This document shows, in pieces, positions 19,986 to 28,942 of a stretch of 28,942 nt of DNA; the stretch's first letter is position 1, and each line of letters starts with the position of its first letter. Under the pieces are notes generated by a model that was not told the DNA's origin, searched no databases, and was given only the letters and a program-made list of their open reading frames with translations. The stretch lies in NCBI RefSeq assembly GCF_006345805.1, contig NW_021833185.1, positions 1 through 28,942 of the forward strand, in the 5' to 3' direction. The position numbers and the translations under genes were made by a program. The DNA comes from Octopus sinensis. Taxonomy: Eukaryota.

Positions 19986-20201
19986 ATATTCTTTTCTACT
20001 CTAGGCACAAGGCCCGAAATTTTAGGGGAGGGGACCAGTCAATTAGATCAACTCCAGTACGCAACTGGTACTTAATTTATTGACTCCGAAAGGATGAAAG
20101 GCAAAGTCGACCTCGACGGAATTTGAACTCACAACGTAGTGACGGGTGAAATACTGCTAAACATTTCGCCCGGCGTGCTAACGATTCTGCCAGCTCGTCG
20201 C
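19986..20201 (-). mobile_element. SINE family C (GCCTAGAGTAGAAA tail variant)
   Basis: Reverse complement of the C consensus with tail GGCCTTGTGCCTAGAGTAGAAAAG. Confidence 0.9.
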
Positions 20202-20234
20202 TATTAATAGCAATAATAATATTTATATTATAGC

Positions 20235-20638
20235 AAGGTGGCGAGTTGGCAGAAACGTTAGCACGCCGGGCGAAATGCGTAGCCATATTTCGTCTACCGT
20301 TACGTTCTGAGTTCAAATTCCGCCAAGGTCGACTTTGCCTTTCATCCTTTCGGGATCGATTAAATAAGTACCAGTTACGTACCGGGGTCGGCGTAATCGA
20401 CTTGATCTCTTTGTCTGTCCTTGTTTGTCCCCTCTGTGTTTAGCCCCTTGTGGGTAGTAAAGAAATAGGTATTTCGTTTGCCGTTACGTTCTGAGTTCAA
20501 ATTCCGCAAGGTCGACTTTGCCTTTCATCCTTTCAAGATCGATTAAATAAGTACCAGTTACGCACTGGGGTCGATATAATCGACTTAATCCCGTCCGCCA
20601 AGATGCCCTTGAGGCAAAGATTTGAAAGCATTATTATT
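20235..20638 (+). mobile_element. SINE family C dimer (head plus two tandem units)
   Basis: ATTTCGT starts at 20287 and 20471 (period 184); same junction as 17352-17912; ends with standard tail plus ATT repeats. Confidence 0.92.
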
Positions 20639-21169
20639 GCTATTAATAAGAGCGGTGAAGAGGCAGAGTCCGTAAAGCGGCAGAAAACATCTTTTATTTA
20701 TTGACGTCCTTTTAGGGTCTTTGTTCAAAATGCAGTGCCATAAACCATTACGGGGTCTCGAAGACAGATGGGAGGGTGCGCGAAAGGTGTCTACAAACTG
20801 GAAACCAGATCCGAATGCTTGCAACACTACCGGATCCACTAAGCACACGCAAAGTACAAAAAAGTGATGTTATGCCAGGCGTACGTGTTAAGTCTTTCAC
20901 GTTAGTAAGATACGACGTGGTTTGAACCCGGAACGCAAGGAATCAGAATGTATATACCACGCAGCATCTGGTTCGAAGTTTCAACAGTTAGATTAATACA
21001 CCGCTTTGGTTTAGTAATTTTTTTTCTGTTGTTGGCCACGAAAGGATGAAAGTGAAAGTTGACCTCGGCGATATTTGGACTAAGAACGCAAAGAACTGGA
21101 AGATATACCACGCAGCATTCTGGCAACCTGGCAACATGAAGTCGAACAAAACCTATTATTCAAGTTCTA

Positions 21170-21194
21170 TGATATATACATATACATATATATG

Positions 21195-21244
<50 letters not shown>

Positions 21245-21456
21245 ATATATTATATATATATATATAATATATGTATGTGTGTGTGTGTGTGTGTGTGTGT
21301 ATATGCGTGTGTGTGTGTTAGTAAATGTATATATGTATATGTATATATATATGTATGTATGTATTTATTTATGTATGTATGTGTGTGTATGTATATATAT
21401 AAATATATATAAATATAGAGAGAGAGGGGAAGAGAGAGAGAAAGACAAAGGGATAA

Positions 21457-21508
<52 letters not shown>

Positions 21509-21690
21509 ACAGACAGACACGTAAGCACACAAATAAATACACAGTGACAGGCAGATCTTCGACTGATCGATCAATCGATAGACAGCCAGACAGCAGACAG
21601 ACAGAGAGAGAGAGAGGGAGAGAGAAAGAGAGAGATACAGACAGACAGACAGACAGATAGATAGATAGATAGATACGTTAATATATATGT
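21170..21690. repeat. (TA)n/(TG)n/(GA)n/(GATA)n/(CAGA)n compound microsatellite
   Basis: Directly visible. Confidence 0.95.
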
Positions 21691-22710
21691 ATGCATCTAT
21701 AAGCCACCATATCTTCCACTTATGTGTTGCCTAATATTTGTGATAGAAATCTGCATTACTGTCATCATCATCACCATCATTACCATCATGATCCTATTCA
21801 CGATGCCCCCTTCCACCGCCTCCAGCACCAGCACTGGCACTGCCATCACCGTTCTCTTGTTTAGAGTACACCCATTGTACTATATCTATTCTGTAACTCC
21901 ATGGCTGATTACATTTCAGGCTATAACTCTACAGTTTGTCTATTTTATTGATATTATTTAACACAGAACATGGGTTCTTCCCAGGAGTGTTATTTTCAGA
22001 AGCTTCACGCATCGAATATTTACCTGGAATTTCTTCGATTATCCGATATCTATTTGGCTTCACTGTATTTACGCTTCGTTGCTCTTCAGATTCTAAACAC
22101 AACACAGAACTCTTTGTTTTTATCTGGCTTCGATATTGCTCGATATTTCTACACTTGGTAATTTCCATCTCCAGACAACGTTACTGAGATGTTATCGTCA
22201 GTGGGTCAAACATCATGAATAAGTAATGCACAACGTCTCTTATTACAACAACCTACCTCTCGTAGCTTACTCGTATTCCCTTACCTGTATTTATTTTCAT
22301 AAATCAGATAATCAGATTATTTCATTCTCTTTCACTCTCTCAGACATATGTCCAACATATCTTTTTCTTCTATTGCTACGTACTTAATTTCCAGCTGCGT
22401 AAGTAGCCACCCTGTAATATTTCTTAATATATTCTGCAGAAACTTGTCTGCTACATCCAAATAAGATGTAGTTAGTAGTCTTACCGAATTCAACAAACGT
22501 ACAACATCTATTTTTGGTATTTGTCTTCAATATCTTCTGCAAGGAAGCTGTTTTTTATATTACAGAGTATTAGAGCCAAATTCGATGATATTTTATGTAT
22601 CTCCTTTTCGATGTATTGGTGAACAGTCAACAGCGTTGGAGAGCATGAAGATTAAAGATGTAGCTGAGTAAAATTTAATGACTTAGAGTCAGGAGCTATC
22701 AGAACTTTGT

Positions 22711-22900
22711 AGAAGAATTACCTGTATCATGATGATTCGTGCCGGATATCAAAATACTGACATCGTGGCCGATGCGCAATGCTCTGCGAAGATTGTTAAG
22801 GCTGCAAGACGTGAGATGGACATCATGAAAGCCAATTTCCCCTAAACTGTGGTATTTGGGTGCATCTTCAGTGAGAGTGACATCATCTCGCACCACGTCA
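22711..22900 (+). pseudogene. Internally deleted maT/DD37D-type (Tc1/mariner superfamily) transposase remnant
   Basis: One frame: RRITCIMMIRAGYQNTDIVADAQCSAKIVKAARREMD|IMKANFP*TVVFGCIFSESDIISHHV. The second part matches the maT-type motif MKTKFPxxVMVxGxVSSEGDVMPPH; the first resembles the N-terminal HTH. Confidence 0.7.
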
Positions 22901-22950
22901 GAACGGATTTTATATAATATATATATAGAGAGAGAGGGGGAGAGAGATTT

Positions 22951-22991
<41 letters not shown>

Positions 22992-23505
22992 CGTTTGTGC
23001 GCATGTGTGTGTATGTGTCTCTCTATCAAATCCCTTCACATTAAGTCACTTGCCTAAAATGCTGCGAAGTAGGACTAAACCGGAAGCCGCGCGTACGTGG
23101 TTACTAAATGACCTTCTAAACTACATTGCCATGTTTGTTTTTTTTACATCTACCGATTTACTTACGTTTCACACACCTACCTGATTTCCATTTCAAGACT
23201 CATCTGCTTTATTTTATTTCTTGCAGCAGTGTTCCTGTATTCCTGTCAGAAGAGATTGAGATGTGTCTCAGAGTATATTAATTCGTATTCCTGTCTTCAC
23301 CTTCAGTGACAAAATGCTGGTTCTTTTTTGGTTATTTTTACTACGAAATATTTATATTTTTGTAGTTGATCTTGTTTCATTTATTATCATTTTTGTTTTT
23401 ATTATTTTTCTTAAAGACATAAATGCTGTCTTTTAAAACTGTTACATCGATGAGGAGGCATTTCTTGCCCTGGTGGTCTTTTACATTAATATTCCGTCAA
23501 TTAAT

Positions 23506-23728
23506 ATGGCGACGAGCTGATACGAGCAAACGAGAGTCGTTAGCACGCCAGGCAAAATACTTAGCGGCATTTCGTCCGTCTTTACGTTATTAGTTCAAAT
23601 TCCACCGCTGTCCACTTTACCATTCTTTTCGGGATCGATAAAATAAGTACCATTCTAGTGTTGGAGCCGATGTGAACGACCTACCTCTTCCTCGAACTTG
23701 CAGGTGGTGTGCCAAAATTTGAAATCCA
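23506..23728 (+). mobile_element. SINE family C, diverged
   Basis: GGCGACGAGCTG...GTCGTTAGCACGCC...AGTTCAAATTCC...GTGCCAAAATTTGAAATC. Confidence 0.85.
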
Positions 23729-23782
23729 TATTTCTCCAGTTTAGGATTATCCGTCGACTGCGAGTTGGTATGTCCCGAATAT

Positions 23783-23849
23783 GAAAGCCCGTGGCTTAGT
23801 GGTTAGGTTATTCGGTTCGCGGTCGTAATGTCATAAGTTCGATTTCCGG
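23783..23849 (+). mobile_element. Isolated SINE B tRNA-like head
   Basis: GTGGCTTAGTGGTTAGG...AGTTCGATTTCCGG with no body. Confidence 0.7.
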
Positions 23850-23877
23850 TTTTCTCTATATCTCTTAATCACTGCAC

Positions 23878-24320
23878 ACACACGTTCTCGGCTATTCTAC
23901 ACATGTCAAGTGGTTCCAAAATCCACGAATGCGGCAACGTGTCGTAAGCCGTTTTAAAGTCTATGCAATCAAGCAGTGGATCAGTAGTTGCCAACGTCAT
24001 TGCTCTTTGACTGATCTTTCATCAACAATGTTGTCTTTTACAATCCACTCCGGAAATGCAACACTCTGTAGGCAATTCTTTAATTGCAACGCCGTTCACT
24101 TGTATGTTGACATAAACCACTTGAGCCAGTAGCCCTTAATTCCGTCTGTTCCGACCGCTTTCCAGTTTGGCAGTTTTGATACCTGTGCAATTACATCTTC
24201 CGTTGTTATGCGTACATGGTCCTGTCGTGGAGACCACGGGCGATGGAGTTTGGATCTCACGGGATGAACTCACGCATCACCGTGGTTTTGGGAAACTTCT
24301 TGCCCGCAGGTATTATTCCA
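23878..24320 (-). pseudogene. R4/Dong-like non-LTR retrotransposon RT remnant (older, internally deleted)
   Basis: ITTEDVIAQVSKLPNWKAVGTDGIKGYWLK, TLLMKDQSKSNDVGNY*STA*L, then directly IDFKTAYDTLPHSWILEPL. Confidence 0.85.
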
Positions 24321-24335
24321 AAATTGGCAGTTTTC

Positions 24336-24910
24336 CTATGAACCAGGAGGGATATCATCTTCTGTATCTACTAAACTCTTAAAAAATCTGCCTCTGGTTA
24401 TTTGAGAATAACTAGTATTGTTGGAACTGCGAAATGCGATCAGTTTAGCGTTGTTATTATTAGCAAAGGGGGTGATTGATCTGTCTATCGTCTCCAATTT
24501 ACCCCTGTTTTGTGCCATTCGACAGGTTACTGAGGGGAATGGGAGCCACGCAAAAGAGTAGTGGTGACAATTTGGAAAAATGCTGCAGTTTATTTCGAAG
24601 TCCCAATCGTTCATATTACTTGTCTCTGAATACGGTATAAGAATTGTTTTCCGTTGCCTCATATTATTCGACAGAAAATTATCAATAACTGGAGACATTT
24701 TATGTATTTGCAAGAATTTCTCAATCCAGCTATGGGGAAGGCTGTCAAACGCTTTTTTAAAATCAATCCATGCAATAGAAAGATTTTTGCGGCGTTTGTG
24801 TCAATTCTCAAGAACAATTTTATTGATTAAAAGTTGGTCTTTACAATCATAGAAACCCCGTTTACAACCATTGTATTCACTGAGGAATATTTTATTATCA
24901 ATCAGGAAGA
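24336..24910 (-). pseudogene. R4/Dong-like non-LTR retrotransposon RT remnant
   Basis: GCKRGFYDCKDQLLINKIVLEN*HKRRKNLSIAWIDFKKAFDSLPHSWIEKFLQIHKMSPVIDNFL...INCSIF...; the YxDD region is decayed (FANNNNAKLIA). Confidence 0.9.
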
Positions 24911-24932
24911 TATATGTATATTCAGTAAGTCA

Positions 24933-25110
24933 ATACACCAGACGAAATGCTTAGGGGCATTTCGTCCGTCATTCTGTTTTGAGTTCACGTTACGTCGAAG
25001 TCGACTTTGCCTTTTATATTTCCAGAATTGATACAATAAGTAAGAGTAGAGAACTGGAGTCGAAGTAATCGCTTTGCCATTCCCCCGAAATCGCTGGCCC
25101 TTGTGCCAAA
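24933..25110 (+). mobile_element. SINE family C, 5'-truncated, followed by a long ATT tail
   Basis: GACGAAATGCTTAG...GTCGACTTTGCCTTT...CTTGTGCCAAAATTTGAGATC. Confidence 0.85.
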
Positions 25111-25390
<280 letters not shown>

Positions 25391-25619
25391 AAGGCAGCGA
25401 CCTGACAGAATCTTTAGCACACCGGGCGAAAGGCTTAGCGGTATTTCGTTCATCGCTACGTTCTGAGTTCAAATTTCGCCGTGGTCGACGTTGCCTTTCA
25501 TCCTTTCGAGTTCGATGAAATGAGTACCAGTTACGCACTGGGGTCGATGTAATCGACTTAGCCTCTTTCCTCCCTCAAAAACTTTCCAAAATTTCCTTTG
25601 TGCCTAGAGTAGAAATACT
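25391..25619 (+). mobile_element. SINE family C (GCCTAGAGTAGAAA tail) directly after the ATT tract
   Basis: AAGGCAGCGACCTGACAGAATC...GAGTTCAAATT...TTGTGCCTAGAGTAGAAA. Confidence 0.9.
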
Positions 25620-26219
25620 AATTATTATTACCATCAACATCATCATCACCATCATCATCCTCTTCTTCTTCATCATCATCAGCATCGCCATCATTATTGT
25701 TATCATTATTATTATTACTAATTGTTACTGTTGTTGTTGTTATTGTTGTTGCTATTGTTGTTTAATACTTTTAATAACATCTCTTTCATCATCCTCTTAT
25801 ACTTCATTACTGAAATAGCGTTTTGGTTGTGATGACGGAAGTGAGGCAGATTATTAAGATGCTGGTGTCAGTGGCGGTGTTGGTGGTGACGGTGGAGGTG
25901 GCGCTAGTGCTGCTTCCACGGCTGCTGCTGCCAACTGCTGAAGATGGCGTTGTTGTAGTTATAGTTATTGCATGCGGCTCTGTTTGCTTGTAGGTTTAGA
26001 AGACAACGACGAAATATAATACATGTAAAAATAATGGAGAATCTTTGCCTAGCAGCAGTTTTTCTTGGGTTATTTGCATTTCAGGAAAAATGTTTAAAAT
26101 ATGCATATTTCATGTTGACGGCTTCTTTGGGGAAAACACGAGAAAGTACCATCAGCATTTGTTAACCAACAAGACTTTACTTGGAACAAATATTCAAATA
26201 CGTAAAGAGAATGGACTGG

Positions 26220-26261
26220 AGTGTGTGTATGCATATACATGTGTGTGTGTGTGTATGTGTG

Positions 26262-26295
<34 letters not shown>

Positions 26296-26477
26296 GTGTG
26301 TGTGTACGATATATACACAAATTTCTGTGATCGTATATATATATATATACATGTATGTACATACAAACATATAAGCATATATATATATATATATATATAT
26401 GTAAATTTATGTTTTATGGATGTACCCATATATATCTATGTATACAATCACATACATGTCTATATGTATATATGCGC

Positions 26478-26540
<63 letters not shown>

Positions 26541-26640
26541 TGATGCGCGTACATTATGTGTAAAGGAAGTTTTATATAGGAAGAATATTTTAAGAACATT
26601 TAGAAATATAACCAAATATTTCTGAGTATGCATGTATCTA

Positions 26641-26679
<39 letters not shown>

Positions 26680-27235
26680 ATACATATATATATATATATA
26701 TATATGCATATTCTATGCTCGTATATTCTGTAAGCAAAGCACACAGAATATATTAAAATCTAGAAATAGATAGAGTTATATATATGGACACAAGTGCATA
26801 CATGTACTTACGTACGTACATACAAACATGCATACGTACACACAAATGTGTGTGTATATGAACGAATGTATATGCGTTCGTGTGTATGCATGTATATAGT
26901 TATGTATGTATTCATTTGACTTTGTCTCTGTGTTTGTAGGCGTGCGCTTGCTTCAATGTATGCATTAAAGTTTACATTTAAGTATATTGCATATGATGAA
27001 GGATAGATACAAATAATACACGCAATTATATATAAATATACGTGTGTGAATGTATATATGTATGTACGCATTAATACGGGTACATGTGTATGTGATTGCA
27101 TATATAACTATACATCTCCCTCTCTCTCTCTCTTTCTCTCTCTATATATATAAACATATATATACGTATGGCTCGATGGATGTTTATTTAAACAGAGTAT
27201 ATTACGAGCATCTAGAACTATTCCCAGGCACGTAT

Positions 27236-27275
<40 letters not shown>

Positions 27276-27727
27276 GTCAGTGTGGGTTTATCTATACGCA
27301 CTCGGATATGTATCTGTTTCGTATAACACATATTTATACACACACACACCTTATATATATGTATGTATGTATGTATGAATACGCACATGGTTTCAGTTAT
27401 TTCAAAGTATATGAAATAGAGTGGAGAGTTATAATTTATAAATTGGACAGTGTGTTTGGACGTGAAGAAAGCAGAATTGAAAATAATAAGGCCTTCTAAA
27501 AGAATATATATATATGTATATATATATTTATGCATATATATATGTGTGTGTGTGTGTGTGTTTCTAAATATATATATGTGTATGTATCGATATATATTTA
27601 TGTATATATACATATATATAAACTTATGTATACATATGTAATATAAACTTATGTATACATATGTATATATATATATATACACATGCACATATATATATAA
27701 ATATATAAATACATAAGTATATATATA

Positions 27728-27768
<41 letters not shown>

Positions 27769-28112
27769 TGTGTGTGTGTGTGTATATATATGTCGGATAT
27801 GTTGCATTTCTCTCACAATGGTATTTATACTCGGAGCCAAAATGCCGAATTAGGTGTAATTGAGGAGGGAGAAAATGCTATGAAATACACAGAATTTTAT
27901 TTTATGTTTTTCTACGATATTTTTGCTATTCTGAATTCGCCATTCGCTCGCTTTCTGCACAATCAATAGTTTTATGTTTGCCGTTTCCCTTTCGTTTTCT
28001 TTTCAATTTTTCTTCTTTCGGTTCATTTTCTGCAGCGCACAAGTCTACGTGTGTGACAGAGCGAATATGCGCATTTCTACAAAATGCGCATTGATACACT
28101 TGCACGAATTAT

Positions 28113-28153
<41 letters not shown>

Positions 28154-28159
28154 CATACG

Positions 28160-28225
<66 letters not shown>

Positions 28226-28783
28226 ATATATATATTATATATATATGATTATATATATATATATATGTGTGGTGTATGTATGTATGTATATATGCATGCA
28301 CATCTATATACATACGCATGTTTCATGTATGTTTATTTGCATCCGAAAGTATTGTGCAATTCTGTCAGGGCGTTAAACAACGTAAGCAAATAAGAATTCT
28401 TTCAAACAAGCCTGCACATAAATGCGACTATTTAAACACAAATATATATATATTTATATATATATATATAAATATATATATATATACACAAGTATATGTA
28501 CATATATATATATGTATATATATATATTTATACATATATATATGTGTGTATACATGTATGCGTGTGTAAATATTATATGTGTAGTATTAAATATATTTAC
28601 ACATATATTTTATGTATATATATATAAGTGTGTGTGTATATATATAAATACATATACATATATATATATACATATATATATACATATATATATATATATA
28701 TTATATATATATATATATATACATACATATATGTGTGTGTGTATATATTGTATGTATATATATATGTGTGTGTATATATACAG

Positions 28784-28815
<32 letters not shown>

Positions 28816-28942
28816 TGTGTGTGGTGTGTGTGTGTGTGGTGTGTATGTATACATGCACTCGCATACAAACATAACGTACATAAACTGATACATGAATATA
28901 TTTATGGGTATGTGTCTATAAGTGTAAGCATATATATATATA
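26220..28942. repeat. Extended (TA)n/(TG)n/(TC)n microsatellite field with short unique islands
   Basis: Directly visible. Confidence 0.9.

Overview
AT-rich, microsatellite-saturated eukaryotic intronic or intergenic DNA. The repeat landscape looks like a coleoid cephalopod, most likely Octopus (inference from SINE and microsatellite content; not database-verified). No intact protein-coding gene, rRNA, true tRNA or CRISPR array is supported, and most supplied ORFs are translations of simple repeats. The window holds about 20 copies or fragments of four tRNA-derived SINE families (my labels A-D). It also holds decayed DNA transposons (two inverted hAT transposase copies, a maT/DD37D remnant, piggyBac-like and Tc2/pogo-like ends) and two R4/Dong-like RT remnants. 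The most interesting signal is a set of type I hammerhead ribozyme (HHR) motifs with minimal palindromic helix III, as in Penelope-like elements (PLEs) and retrozymes. One lies in each arm of a 154-bp-arm palindrome (1711-2029), one in a highly structured ~300-nt element (1364-1664), and one inside a tRNA-headed SINE (9895-10180). A SINE form with 184-185-bp tandem units and the same junction at two loci suggests a multimeric, possibly circle-derived, master element. All folds and alignments were done by eye.
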